A DNA stretch of 64,000 nucleotides. It comes from an uncultured Gemmatimonadales bacterium. Its GTDB lineage: Bacteria; Gemmatimonadota; Gemmatimonadetes; Gemmatimonadales; Gemmatimonadaceae. Location: contig CAVPQB010000004.1 of the NCBI GenBank assembly GCA_963707505.1, positions 960,001-1,024,000 on the forward strand. Direction: 5' to 3'. The number at the start of each line of letters is the position of its first letter. The first letter of the stretch is position 1. Shown piece after piece: positions 52,930 through 63,598 of the stretch. The notes beneath the pieces were generated by a model. The model did not search any database, was not told where the DNA came from, and worked only from the letters and a program-made list of their open reading frames with translations. The position numbers were made by a program, and so were the translations under genes.

Positions 52930-54441
52930 GTGAACAATAAAACCAGCCGTTCCGCTACCGGAACGGATACGGCCACGGCCGAATCCAACTTCGTCAAGGC
53001 GATGACCCTGACCGACGCCACGATGCTCGTGGCGGGGACGATGATCGGGTCGGGCATCTTCATAGTCTCTGCAGACATCGCGCGAAAGGTCCAGTCGCCC
53101 TTCTGGCTCATCGCAGTCTGGGTGCTCACTGGAGTCATTACGCTGCTCGGCGCCCTCGCCTACGGCGAGCTGGCGGCGATGTTTCCACGAGCCGGCGGAC
53201 AGTATGTATTTCTTCGTGAATCGATGGGTCCACTCGTAGGATTTCTATACGGTTGGACTCTTTTCGTCGTCATACAAACGGGTACGATTGCAGCAGTCGC
53301 TGTCGCGTTCGGAAAGTTTCTCGGCGTGCTCTGGCCGGCGATGACGCCGGGTCTGTACTCGTGGTTTCCGCACTTCTCGTTCACGCTTACGGGCGCACCG
53401 GTGGACGTCGGATTGTCTCCGCAGCGTCTCATCGCACTGGTCACGGTGTGGGTACTCACCTGGATCAATCTTCGCGGCGTGCGTGAAGGGAAGCTCGTTC
53501 AGACGACGCTGACGATTGCCAAGGTGGGCGTCCTCGCGCTTCTCGTCATTCTTGGACTCACCATCGGGCGGAACGCGACAGCGATACTTGCAAATTTCTC
53601 GCCGGGCAATTTCGCGCCGCACGTCGATCTCAACGGTGCGTTCGTAGTTGCGTTCGGTGCAGCGATGGTCGGCTCGCTGTTCTCCAGCGATTCGTGGAAC
53701 AACGTGACGTTCGCGGCCGCCGAAGTTCAGAACCCCAAGCGCAACCTTCCGCTATCGCTCGCAATCGGCGCGGGGATGGTGACGGTTCTCTACATCCTCG
53801 GCAACTTCGCCTATCTCAGCGTGCTTCCGCTGCACGGTACTTCGGGTGGTGCGACGGTGCTCGCGCGCGGCATCCAGTTCGCCACTCAGGATCGAGTCGG
53901 GACTGCAACTGCAGAAGTGATTTTCGGCGCCGCCGGTGGGAGCATAGTTGCGGCGGCGATTCTCGTATCGACGTTCGGCTGCAACAACGGGCTCATCCTG
54001 TCAGGCGCCCGCGTGTACTGGGCGATGGCGCGCGACCGCCTCTTCTTCGCTCGCGCCGGAACGCTGAGCGCACGCGAAGTTCCCGCGTTCGGTCTGGTCA
54101 CGCAGGCGATCTGGACCAGCTTCCTGTGTCTCACCGGGACCTACAACCAGCTGCTCGCGTATGTGATCTTTGCGCAGTTGCTGTTCTACGCCGCGACCAC
54201 CACGGGGCTGTTCGTATTACGCAGGACGCGTCCGGACGCCGAGCGGCCGTACAAGGCGATCGGGTATCCCGTTCTGCCGGCGTTGTACGTGGTGCTGGCG
54301 CTTGCTGTTGCTCTGACTCTGTTGCTGGCTCCGGATACGAGGACGCAGTCCGTTGCTGGTCTGATCATCGTTCTCATTGGTGTCCCTGTGTACTTCCTGT
54401 GGCGCGGTGTAGCGGGCGACGCTGCGCGCAATACTGAATGA
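52930..54441 (+). CDS. APC-family amino acid permease
   Basis: GTMIGSGIF, GALAYGELAAMFPRAGGQY, about 12 TM helices. Confidence 0.92.
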   Translation: MNNKTSRSATGTDTATAESNFVKAMTLTDATMLVAGTMIGSGIFIVSADIARKVQSPFWLIAVWVLTGVITLLGALAYGELAAMFPRAGGQYVFLRESMGPLVGFLYGWTLFVVIQTGTIAAVAVAFGKFLGVLWPAMTPGLYSWFPHFSFTLTGAPVDVGLSPQRLIALVTVWVLTWINLRGVREGKLVQTTLTIAKVGVLALLVILGLTIGRNATAILANFSPGNFAPHVDLNGAFVVAFGAAMVGSLFSSDSWNNVTFAAAEVQNPKRNLPLSLAIGAGMVTVLYILGNFAYLSVLPLHGTSGGATVLARGIQFATQDRVGTATAEVIFGAAGGSIVAAAILVSTFGCNNGLILSGARVYWAMARDRLFFARAGTLSAREVPAFGLVTQAIWTSFLCLTGTYNQLLAYVIFAQLLFYAATTTGLFVLRRTRPDAERPYKAIGYPVLPALYVVLALAVALTLLLAPDTRTQSVAGLIIVLIGVPVYFLWRGVAGDAARNTE

Positions 54442-54475
54442 CCGCTCCCGCTTCAGTCCTCATCACCGACCGTTC

Positions 54476-56632
54476 ATGACCGTTTCGCAATCATCGCTTC
54501 TCTGGATCGTACTCGGCTGCAGTGCATTCGCGCTGCTCTTCGCGATCTGGCTTTCAAGATGGGTTCTGTCGCGCGGGCGTGGTAACGCCGACATGCAGAA
54601 GATTTCGGACGCCATTCAGCAGGGTGCGGAGGCGTACCTGGCGCGACAGTACAAGACAATCGCGGCGCTCGCGCTGGTCGTCGCGATCGTGCTGGCGCTT
54701 GGTTACGGTGTGCTGAGGACGAGCATTCCGACCGATCCGGTGAGCAGCTCGACACTGCTCGCCATCTACATAACGTTGTCGTTCCTGCTCGGCGCACTCA
54801 GTTCCGGTATTGCGGGATATATGGGGATGTGGATCTCGATACGAGCCAACATCCGCGTTGCCGCGGCCGCTACAACGTCACTGAACGGTGCGCTGCAGAC
54901 TGCGCTTCGATCTGGTGCCGTGTCGGGACTCTTCACGGTCGCGATGAGTCTTGCGGGCGTCGGCGGACTGTTTGCGGTGATCAACAATTTCGTGCCGCCG
55001 GGTCTCGCGCCTGATGTATGGGCACAGAGAATCCCGTATCTCATCGTTGGCTACGGATTCGGTGCTTCGTTCGTGGCACTGTTCGCGCAGCTCGGCGGCG
55101 GTATCTACACCAAGGCCGCCGACGTTGGTGCCGATCTGGTCGGCAAGGTGGAGGCTGGCATCCCTGAGGATGATCCGCGCAATCCGGCGGTGATTGCAGA
55201 TCTCGTCGGCGACAACGTCGGCGATTGCGCCGGACGTGGCGCCGATCTGTTCGAGAGCATCGCCGCCGAGAACATCGGTGCGATGATTCTTGGCGTGATT
55301 CTGTTCAGCCAGTTCGGTATCGCAGGTATTCTGTTCCCGCTCGTTATCGGTGGACTCGGCCTGCTGTGCTCGATTGTCGGAGTGATGTCGGTGCGCACGC
55401 GCGAGGATGCAGATCCAATGCAGGCACTGAACCGCGGCTATTACGTCACCGCGGCGCTCGTCACGATCGTGTTCTTCTTCGCTACGCGCTGGTTGTTGAA
55501 TCCGGCTGCAGCGCCGGATGCGTGGTGGCATTTCTTCATCTGCGGTATGATCGGCATCGCGACCTCGATCGCGTTCGTGTTCATCACGCAGTACTACACC
55601 GAATATCGCTACCGCCCGGTTCTCGGTATTGCAGATGCGAGTCAGACGGGACCCGCGACGAACATCATCGCAGGACTCGCGGTTGGAATGGAGTCCACGG
55701 TTCTTCCCGTCATCACGATCGCGATCGCGATCATCGCGAGCTATCATCTCGGCGAGACGAGTGGAGTCGCGCAGGCAGGTCTGTTCGGCACCGCAGTCGC
55801 TACGATGGGAATGCTCGGCACGGCGGGTTACATCCTGGCGATGGACGTGTTCGGACCGATAACGGACAACGCTGGCGGCATCGTCGAGATGTCCAAGCAG
55901 CCGGAAGAGATTCGCAACATCACCGATCGGCTGGATTCCGTTGGCAATACCACCAAGGCACTCACCAAGGGTTACGCGATCGGATCGGCGGCACTCGCCG
56001 CGTTCCTGCTGTTCTCCGCGTATCTCGACGAAGTTCGCAACTATCGCGGCGGTGTGCCGATCAAGGTCGATCTGGCGCGTCCGGAAGTGTTCGTCGCCGG
56101 TCTGCTTGGCGCGATGCTCGTCTTCTGGTTCTCGTCGTTGGCACTCACGGCAGTACGCAAGGCTGCGTCGTCGGTGATCACGGAAGTGCGTCGCCAGTTT
56201 CGTGAGCGTCCGGGCATCATGCTTGGAACGGAAAGTCCGGATTACGGAACGGCCGTCGACATCGTGACTGTCGGCGCGCTCAAGGCGATGATCGCGCCCG
56301 GTGCACTTGTCGTGCTGTTCCCGATCGCTGTGGGACTCGTATTCAAGCAGTTCGGCGTTGGCGCAGAAGCGGTTGCTGCGTTCCTCATGATCGGAACCAT
56401 CGCCGGAATTCTCATGGCGGGCTTCCTGAACAACGGCGGCGGCGCGTGGGACAATGCCAAGAAGTACATCGAGACCGGCGCGTATGGTGGCAAACGGTCC
56501 GACGCACATAAGGCAGCAGTCGTCGGCGATACGGTCGGTGATCCGTTCAAGGACACGGCTGGTCCGTCGCTGCACGTGCTCATCAAGCTGTTGAGCACGA
56601 TCACTCTGGTCCTTGCACCGCTGTTCATTTGA
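54476..56632 (+). CDS. hppA: Membrane-bound pyrophosphatase, K+-independent type
   Basis: GGGIYTKAADVGADLVGKVE, DNVGD, GNTTKA (Lys determinant), GDTVGDPFKDTAGP. Confidence 0.95.
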   Translation: MTVSQSSLLWIVLGCSAFALLFAIWLSRWVLSRGRGNADMQKISDAIQQGAEAYLARQYKTIAALALVVAIVLALGYGVLRTSIPTDPVSSSTLLAIYITLSFLLGALSSGIAGYMGMWISIRANIRVAAAATTSLNGALQTALRSGAVSGLFTVAMSLAGVGGLFAVINNFVPPGLAPDVWAQRIPYLIVGYGFGASFVALFAQLGGGIYTKAADVGADLVGKVEAGIPEDDPRNPAVIADLVGDNVGDCAGRGADLFESIAAENIGAMILGVILFSQFGIAGILFPLVIGGLGLLCSIVGVMSVRTREDADPMQALNRGYYVTAALVTIVFFFATRWLLNPAAAPDAWWHFFICGMIGIATSIAFVFITQYYTEYRYRPVLGIADASQTGPATNIIAGLAVGMESTVLPVITIAIAIIASYHLGETSGVAQAGLFGTAVATMGMLGTAGYILAMDVFGPITDNAGGIVEMSKQPEEIRNITDRLDSVGNTTKALTKGYAIGSAALAAFLLFSAYLDEVRNYRGGVPIKVDLARPEVFVAGLLGAMLVFWFSSLALTAVRKAASSVITEVRRQFRERPGIMLGTESPDYGTAVDIVTVGALKAMIAPGALVVLFPIAVGLVFKQFGVGAEAVAAFLMIGTIAGILMAGFLNNGGGAWDNAKKYIETGAYGGKRSDAHKAAVVGDTVGDPFKDTAGPSLHVLIKLLSTITLVLAPLFI

Positions 56633-58185
56633 TGCGGGGCCTGTTTGCACGAAAGTCCGTTGCGGACTTCGAGGCGGACGTCGTTTCACATGGCGGGCTA
56701 AAACGCACGCTTGGCAAGTGGCACCTGACCGCTCTCGGCGTCGGTGCCACGATTGGCGCGGGAATCTTCGTCACCACGGGAACCGCAATCGTTGGCGATC
56801 CGCTGCGTCCGGGGGCCGGCCCTGCGATCATCTTTTCGTTCCTGCTGACCGCGGTCGCGTGCGGCTTTGCGGCACTGTGTTACGCTGAGTTCGCCGCGAT
56901 GGTACCGATCTCGGGCTCGGCGTACACGTATGCCTATGCGGCACTCGGCGAGTTCGTCGCGTGGATAATCGGATGGGATCTGGTCATAGAATACGCCGTC
57001 GGCAACATCGGCGTCGCGATCGGTTGGTCCGGCTATTTCCGCGAGCTGATCGCTCACTTCGGATGGAGTCTCCCGTCGTGGCTGGCGACAGACTATCGAT
57101 CGGCGCATACCGCATTCGTTCAGCTCGGCGCAGCCGGTAGCACGGTGGACGCGACTACCCGGTACATCGCGTCAGCGTGGACATCCGCACCGCACATCCT
57201 CGGCCTCCCGCTGATCATCAATCTTCCTGCTGCGGCAGTCGTTGCGCTGATCACCGTGGTCCTCGTGATCGGCATCAAGGAGTCGGCGGATGCCAACAAC
57301 GCAATGGTTCTGCTCAAGGTCGGCATCATACTGTTTTTCATCGCGGTTGGGCTGTTCCTGATCCACCCGTCCAACTGGACCAACCCGGCAACCGGCGGCT
57401 TCGTGCCGAACGGCATGGCGGGCATCAGTGCGGCAGCGGCGATCATCTTCTTCAGCTACATCGGCTTCGATGCCGTATCCACAGCTGCGGAAGAGACGCG
57501 CAATCCAGGGAAGGACATGCCGTTCGGGATCATCATGAGCCTGGTCGTCACGACGCTGCTCTACATCGCGATTTCGGTGGTGATGACTGGAATGGCGCCA
57601 TGGCAGCAGTTGGGGACCGCGGAGCCGATGATCACGGCGCTCCGGTTCGCTGCCGGACCGCCGGCGCTCCTCAACGCGTCGCGATTCATCGTCGCACTGG
57701 GCGCCGTGATCGCGATGGGCAGCGTGCTGCTGGTCTTCCAGCTCGGCCAACCGCGAATCTTCTTCTCGATGGCACGTGACGGACTGCTTCCGCCAGTGCT
57801 CGCGAAGGTTCATCCGCGTTACAAGACGCCGTACGTCGGGACGATCGTCACAGGGATCTTCGTAGCCGTCTTTGCCGCATTCGCGAACATCGCCGAGGTG
57901 GTCGATCTCACGAATATCGGGACGCTGTTCGCCTTTGTGCTGGTATCGGCCGGCGTGATCGTGCTCCGTCGCACCGATCCGGACCGGCCGCGGCCGTTCC
58001 GCGTGCCGTGGGTTCCGTTCACGCCATTGATCTCCATCGTGGCGTGCTTCTATCTCATGACGCAGCTGCCGGGCATCACGTGGATTCGCTTCATCATCTG
58101 GCTCGCCGTCGGTCTCGTACTCTACTTCACTTACGGCTATGGCCACTCGACGCTGCGTAACCGCCGGGTGAACGGTCATGGATAG
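56632..58185 (+). CDS. APC-family (cationic-type) amino acid permease
   Basis: GATIGAGIF, ALCYAEFAAMVPISGSAYTY, GFDAVSTAAEE. Confidence 0.92.
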   Translation: MRGLFARKSVADFEADVVSHGGLKRTLGKWHLTALGVGATIGAGIFVTTGTAIVGDPLRPGAGPAIIFSFLLTAVACGFAALCYAEFAAMVPISGSAYTYAYAALGEFVAWIIGWDLVIEYAVGNIGVAIGWSGYFRELIAHFGWSLPSWLATDYRSAHTAFVQLGAAGSTVDATTRYIASAWTSAPHILGLPLIINLPAAAVVALITVVLVIGIKESADANNAMVLLKVGIILFFIAVGLFLIHPSNWTNPATGGFVPNGMAGISAAAAIIFFSYIGFDAVSTAAEETRNPGKDMPFGIIMSLVVTTLLYIAISVVMTGMAPWQQLGTAEPMITALRFAAGPPALLNASRFIVALGAVIAMGSVLLVFQLGQPRIFFSMARDGLLPPVLAKVHPRYKTPYVGTIVTGIFVAVFAAFANIAEVVDLTNIGTLFAFVLVSAGVIVLRRTDPDRPRPFRVPWVPFTPLISIVACFYLMTQLPGITWIRFIIWLAVGLVLYFTYGYGHSTLRNRRVNGHG

Positions 58186-59455
58186 CACTCGATCGGAGCC
58201 GCGCGCGACAGCGCGACGCGGCCTGCGACGCATCTCTCTGACGCAGTGGATCGTCATCGCGGCGATAGTCGGGATCATAATCGGGATCGTGTTCCCGGCA
58301 TTCGCGGTCAAGCTCGATCCGTTGTCGCAGATTTTCCTGCGCATGATCAAGTCGCTGATCGTACCGCTGATCTTCGCCACGCTCGTGGTGGGCATTGCGG
58401 GCCATGGCGACGACATGGCCAAGGTGGGCCGCCTCGCGTTGCGGTCTCTGATCTATTTCGAGCTTGTCACCACTGGCGCGCTCGTCATCGGGCTCAGTGC
58501 GGTGAACATCTTCAAGCCTGGAATCGGCGTGTCGCTGGGCGGCGCAACCGCGACCACTGGAACCGAGCTCGCGTCGCACCCGGTTACATTCGGTGGCGTG
58601 CTGGAGCACATGGTTCCGCAGAGCTTCTTCGAGGCGGCTTATCATAACGAAGTTCTGCAGATTGTATTCTTCGCGATTCTGTTCGCCGTGGCACTCACGC
58701 GTCAGAAGGGCGAAAAGAAGAAGTTGATGCTCGACATCTGCGCTGCGACGTCGGACTTGATGTTCAAGTTCACGGAGATCGTGATGGCGTATGCACCGAT
58801 CGGTATCGGTGCAGCACTCGCCGTGACAGTCGGCCACAGCGGCATCGGCGTGCTGCTCGGTCTCGGCAAGCTCGTAGCGACGCTGTACGGGGCGCTGATC
58901 GTATTCGCGCTCGTCGTGCTGCTTCCGATTGCCGTGCTTACGCGCATTCCCCTCAAGGCATTCTTGCGCTCCGTGCGGGCACCAGCGCTGATCGCGTTCT
59001 CGACTGCGTCATCCGAAGCGGCGCTCCCCCTCGCGATGGAGAACATGGAGGCAATGGGTGTTCCGGCACGTATCGTGGCGTTCGTGATGCCGACGGGATA
59101 TTCGTTCAACCTCGACGGAAGCACGCTGTACCTGGCGGTCGCGTCGGTGTTCGCGGCGCAGGCTGGTGGAATCCACATGACACTCGGTCAGCAGATCGTG
59201 ATGATGTTGACGCTCATGCTCACGAGCAAGGGTGTTGCCGCTGTGCCGCGCGCATCGCTCGTGATTCTGTCCGGCGCGCTCACGATGTTCGGACTTCCGC
59301 TTCAGGCCGTCGCGGTGATTCTCGGCGTTGACGCGTTCATGGACATGGCGAGGACCTCGGTGAATCTGATCGGGAATTGTCTCGCGAGCGCGGTGATGGC
59401 GAGATGGGAAGGGGAGCTCGCACCGGGCGGAAAGACGGACGCGGTGATAGCGTAG
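58178..59455 (+). CDS. Dicarboxylate/amino acid:cation symporter (GltP/DctA family)
   Basis: AFSTASSEAALP, PTGYSFNLDG, TSKGVAAVP, DMARTSVN. Confidence 0.93.
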   Translation: MDSTRSEPRATARRGLRRISLTQWIVIAAIVGIIIGIVFPAFAVKLDPLSQIFLRMIKSLIVPLIFATLVVGIAGHGDDMAKVGRLALRSLIYFELVTTGALVIGLSAVNIFKPGIGVSLGGATATTGTELASHPVTFGGVLEHMVPQSFFEAAYHNEVLQIVFFAILFAVALTRQKGEKKKLMLDICAATSDLMFKFTEIVMAYAPIGIGAALAVTVGHSGIGVLLGLGKLVATLYGALIVFALVVLLPIAVLTRIPLKAFLRSVRAPALIAFSTASSEAALPLAMENMEAMGVPARIVAFVMPTGYSFNLDGSTLYLAVASVFAAQAGGIHMTLGQQIVMMLTLMLTSKGVAAVPRASLVILSGALTMFGLPLQAVAVILGVDAFMDMARTSVNLIGNCLASAVMARWEGELAPGGKTDAVIA

Positions 59456-59563
59456 GAGCTGTCACCGTCGTCGCTGGTCGTACAACACTGCTAAAACGCG
59501 CTCAGGACCGATACATCATCCGCTCCTCTCGTACATCGGGGCACGTTCACTTCGCGCGCAAGG

Positions 59564-60571
59564 CTAATTTGTCAGTACGACTTTCCCGATATGCGGCTCT
59601 TCCATGCGTCTGTGCGCATCCGCCGCACGCGACAGTGGGAAGGTCGAATCAATAACCGGTAAAATCAGCCCGCGCTCGAGCAATGGCCAGATGCGTAGCA
59701 TCAGCTCCTGCGCGATCACGGCCTTCTCCTGCGGTGGAAGGCGGCGCATCAGTGAGCCGGTCACGGTCAGCCGCTTCTGCATGATCGGTCTGAGATCGAC
59801 GTTGACGCGACTGCCAGCCATGTACGCGATGTTGACCAGACGGCCCTCCATCGCGAGCGCTCGGAAATTGCGCTCGACATATTCACCACCGACCATGTCG
59901 AGTATGACATCCACGCCGCGACCTCCGCTGCGCTCGAGCGCGACAGCGGCGAAGTCGGCTTCGTGATAGTCGATCGCGACCTCCGCGCCAAGCCGGACAC
60001 AGACGCCGCACTTTTCAGCTGAGCCAGCCGTTGCAAATACTTTGGCGCCGATCGCGCGCGCCATCTGTATGGCGATCACGCCGATGCCGCTGGTCCCGCC
60101 GTGCACGAGCAACGTCTCGCCAGCCGACAGACGACAACGCTGAAACACGTTGTACCACACGGTGAACAATGCCTCGGGAAGCGCCGCTGCCTGAACCATC
60201 GAGAAGCCTTCCGGAATTGGGAGGCATTGCATCGACGGTGCTACGCATTCAGTCGCGTAGCCGCCGCCGTCCACGAGCGCGCAAACTTCCTCCCCGATGT
60301 TCCAGACGAGCGCAGCGCGCTCGCCAGCGCCTGACACGTAACCAGCGACTTCGAGTCCGAGTATCGGCGATGCGGTGCTCGGCACCGCGTACTTGCCCGC
60401 GCGTTGGAGCAGATCGGCGTGATTGACGCCGGCGGCTTCCACGTGGATGCGCACTTCGTCGGGGCCGAGCGGTGGTACCGGCCCCTCCGTGAGATGTAGC
60501 TCGTCCGGCCCGCCGGGTCTCACTACCTCGATGTGCCGGATCGATCCCGGTTTTGAGAAGGGACTCGACAT
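59564..60571 (-). CDS. NAD(P)H-quinone oxidoreductase (PIG3 family)
   Basis: AAGVN, LGLEVAG, ALPE, HGGTSGIG, GVDVILDMVGG, HIGKVVL. Confidence 0.9.
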   Translation of the reverse strand: MSSPFSKPGSIRHIEVVRPGGPDELHLTEGPVPPLGPDEVRIHVEAAGVNHADLLQRAGKYAVPSTASPILGLEVAGYVSGAGERAALVWNIGEEVCALVDGGGYATECVAPSMQCLPIPEGFSMVQAAALPEALFTVWYNVFQRCRLSAGETLLVHGGTSGIGVIAIQMARAIGAKVFATAGSAEKCGVCVRLGAEVAIDYHEADFAAVALERSGGRGVDVILDMVGGEYVERNFRALAMEGRLVNIAYMAGSRVNVDLRPIMQKRLTVTGSLMRRLPPQEKAVIAQELMLRIWPLLERGLILPVIDSTFPLSRAADAHRRMEEPHIGKVVLTN

Positions 60572-60579
60572 GGTGCGCG

Positions 60580-61521
60580 TCAGGCTACGGCTGAAGCTGC
60601 CTGGAGCGCGAGCTTGATCGCGCCGCGTGCACCGTCAACGTCTTCCGTATGAACAGTGGCGCCGGGAACTGCGACGCGGAGCCTGCGCTCCAGACGCTTC
60701 CGGAGAAGCGATCCCTTGTGAAGCAATCCGCCGCTCAATGCCAGATCGAAAGCTGCTCGGTCGTCGACGAACAGTCTGCGCGCTAGCGCGCGCACGTGTA
60801 GCACCAGTTCTTCCACCGCCATATCCACGATGCTGTTGGCACGCACGTCGTCCTGCATCGCCATTGCGAGTACGGATGGGGCAAGCGCTGCCAGCGCCTC
60901 TCTATCGGCGGCAAGCGCCCATGGAATGAGTTGTTCGACTTCGTTCACCTGTGCAGCGGTGAGTATCGCGCCGGTGAGCGCTGTTTCCGGCTCGCGACCG
61001 TCATGCGATGCAGCGACGACACTCAGCGCGCGGCGCCCGATCCACGCGCCACTTCCCTCGTCGCCAAATGTGAAGCCCCAGCCGCCGCAGCGAGCCAGCA
61101 TTCCGGCCGGACTGCGTCCGAACGCAATGGACCCGGTTCCCGCTATGAGAATCACACCGGAGCGATCACCGAACGCATCTGCGAGCGCGATGCTCGCGTC
61201 AGTCTCGACCACGACTTCCTCGGCGACCTCCCTGCGCGACAACGCATCCTGCAACGCGATCTGTTCGCTCTCGCGGCCCGTGCCCGCAACACCAGCATAC
61301 AGTACGCGTGGCAGGACATCCGTCAGCTCTGCGCTCTCCAGCGCCGCGACGACAACCGCCGCAATCGTATCCGCGCAGGCGTCGGCGTTACCCGGCGCCA
61401 TCGCAGCGCCTGGTCCGACGACTTCCGCGATCTGGTCGCCCGAGACCGATGCGACTATGACGCGCGTCTTGCTTCCACCGGCGTCGACTCCCACAACAAT
61501 TTCCGATTCCGAATCACTCAT
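60580..61521 (-). CDS. BadF/BadG-type N-acetylglucosamine/MurNAc kinase-like ATPase
   Basis: VGVDAGGSKT, LIAGTGSI, GGWG..FGDEGSG. Confidence 0.85.
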   Translation of the reverse strand: MSDSESEIVVGVDAGGSKTRVIVASVSGDQIAEVVGPGAAMAPGNADACADTIAAVVVAALESAELTDVLPRVLYAGVAGTGRESEQIALQDALSRREVAEEVVVETDASIALADAFGDRSGVILIAGTGSIAFGRSPAGMLARCGGWGFTFGDEGSGAWIGRRALSVVAASHDGREPETALTGAILTAAQVNEVEQLIPWALAADREALAALAPSVLAMAMQDDVRANSIVDMAVEELVLHVRALARRLFVDDRAAFDLALSGGLLHKGSLLRKRLERRLRVAVPGATVHTEDVDGARGAIKLALQAASAVA

Positions 61522-63032
61522 TCTGCGTCATCAACCCTGATTCGCGCGCTTCCGTGCGGGAAGAGCGACGTGAATATTCCGACTCCGACCGTTACCGCAG
61601 TACCGATCAAAACGTACCACGGCCACGCGATCGAGCCGATTGGCGCGAGCGCCGGCCACAGTGCGGAAAGCTGCTTGGCGAACACGACCACGCTCATCAC
61701 GAGAATGCCTACCGCCATTCCTGTAATGGCATCGCGCTGCTGCGCGCGGGCCCACGTAATGCCGAGCGCAAAACCACCGAGCAACGCGCCATACGTGAAC
61801 GACGCGATGGAGAGCGCGACCACAACCACCGGAGTGCCCTGTTGCTTGTACAGTAGCGCTATGATGAGCAGCAACAAGCCCCACGCCAGACTTACGAGCT
61901 TCGCCACCCTGAGCGTCCGCGGGTCGTTTGCGTCGCGATGAGTGAGCGGCAGGTAGATGTCGTGCACTGTCGCTGCGGCCAGCGAATTGATCGCGCCGGA
62001 GTGAGCGCTCATCGTTGCCGCAAGAATTGCCGCGACCAGGAGCCCGATAAGTCCCGTTGGCATCGCTGTCACGATGAACGTTGGAAAGATCTTGTCAGGC
62101 GAGTCGAACGTGCGCGCTCCGAAATACGCCCACAGTCCCGCGCCTATCATGAGGAAGAGTGCGAACTGGAAGAACACGGCGAAGCCGCTGCCTATGAGTG
62201 CGCGCCGCGCATCACGCAGCGAGGATGCAGTCATGAGGCGTTGCACGATGACCTGATCGGCACCGTGCGACGCCATCGACAGGAACGCGCCGCCCAGTAC
62301 GCCCGCGAGCAGCGTCTGCGGCCGGTCGAAACCCGTGTAGAGATCGATTGCCTGAAGCTTGCCGGCTGCCGCGGCAGAGTGGACGATATGGCTCCATCCT
62401 CCCGCAACTCCGTGCCCGATGATGACGACCGCGGCCGCCGCGCCCAGGAGATACACGCAGGTCTGGATGACATCGGTCCAGACCACAGCGCGCACGCCGC
62501 CAAAATACGCGTAGATCAAAGTGAGAGCGCCGAGCACCAGAATCGCGATCGGCATTACGACCGTTGCCGGGAGGATTGGTGACAGAATCAGCGCGATGGG
62601 AATCGCTGTTGCGAAGACACGGACCGAATCCGCGAAGGCCCGCGTGAACATGAAGACGACCGACGCGAAGCGACGCGTCGAAACGCCAAAGCGTTGCTCG
62701 AGTAAGGCGTACGCTGTTACGAGATTGCCGCCGTAATAGCGCGGCAACAATACATAAGCGACGACGATTCGGCCGATGATGTATCCAGCGGCGATCTGGA
62801 GAAAGCCGAGGTTCCCGATGTACGCCAGGCCGGGAATCGAGATGACCGTGAGTGCGCTGGTCTCCGTCGCGACGATAGAGAAGAGAACCGCCCACCACGG
62901 AATCGTATGATCGGCGACAAAGTAGTCGCGTGTGTTCTTCTGGTTGCGTCCTAGATAGACGCCCAGCAGCGTCGTTCCGGCCAGGTACGCAATGAGTACA
63001 ATAAGGTCGAGGGCGGTGAATGAGTTTTTCAT
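61518..63032 (-). CDS. Sodium:solute symporter
   Basis: SIVATETSALT, GGVRAVVWTD, DQVIVQRL, AILAATMS. Confidence 0.92.
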   Translation of the reverse strand: MKNSFTALDLIVLIAYLAGTTLLGVYLGRNQKNTRDYFVADHTIPWWAVLFSIVATETSALTVISIPGLAYIGNLGFLQIAAGYIIGRIVVAYVLLPRYYGGNLVTAYALLEQRFGVSTRRFASVVFMFTRAFADSVRVFATAIPIALILSPILPATVVMPIAILVLGALTLIYAYFGGVRAVVWTDVIQTCVYLLGAAAAVVIIGHGVAGGWSHIVHSAAAAGKLQAIDLYTGFDRPQTLLAGVLGGAFLSMASHGADQVIVQRLMTASSLRDARRALIGSGFAVFFQFALFLMIGAGLWAYFGARTFDSPDKIFPTFIVTAMPTGLIGLLVAAILAATMSAHSGAINSLAAATVHDIYLPLTHRDANDPRTLRVAKLVSLAWGLLLLIIALLYKQQGTPVVVVALSIASFTYGALLGGFALGITWARAQQRDAITGMAVGILVMSVVVFAKQLSALWPALAPIGSIAWPWYVLIGTAVTVGVGIFTSLFPHGSARIRVDDAE

Positions 63033-63063
63033 TCACCGCCCTCGGTAATGCACCAAACCTCGG

Positions 63064-63420
63064 CTACGCCGAGAACGATGATCCGCAGCCGCAGCCGCCT
63101 GTCGCGTTCGGGTTCTTGAAGGTGAAGCCCGATCCCTGCATGGACGTCACGTAATCGATCGTAACGTTGTTGACGTACTGCGCGGAAAAGGGATCGACGA
63201 AGACGCGATAGCCGCCCTGCGAGAGGATCAGGTCGTCTTCCGCCGGCTTGTCCTCGATCAGCAGCGAGTACTTGAACCCGCTGCAGCCGCCCGGCTGGAT
63301 GCTGACGCGAAGGCCGCCTTCATCGGGCGAGACCTTCTCTATCTCCATGAATTTCTGCACCTCGACGCCTGCTGCTGGAGTCAGGGTCAGGTTGATTTCT
63401 GGTTGGCTGGATACCGCCAT
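63064..63420 (-). CDS. A-type Fe-S carrier (IscA/ErpA/HesB family)
   Basis: GGCSGFKY, NPNATGGCGCGSSF. Confidence 0.93.
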   Translation of the reverse strand: MAVSSQPEINLTLTPAAGVEVQKFMEIEKVSPDEGGLRVSIQPGGCSGFKYSLLIEDKPAEDDLILSQGGYRVFVDPFSAQYVNNVTIDYVTSMQGSGFTFKNPNATGGCGCGSSFSA

Positions 63421-63598
63421 GGCTCACTCCTTGGTGTACCTGAAATATAAACGGAAAATACGACTTTCCAGCGGCCCGTTACACCCGTCGTGGACGGGCG
63501 GTTCCGGGGCCGACCAATTATTTACAGCCGCGGTAATGGCAGGAAGGCTCGCGCTTTGCGATTATATCCTCACCCCACAACCTTCGGAATCCCACGTG

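Noticed and set aside
54878..56689. Long antisense ORFs (also 18829-20175, 22285-23526, 57172-58422)
   Set aside because: Typical open shadow frames opposite well-conserved high-GC genes; no recognisable motifs.
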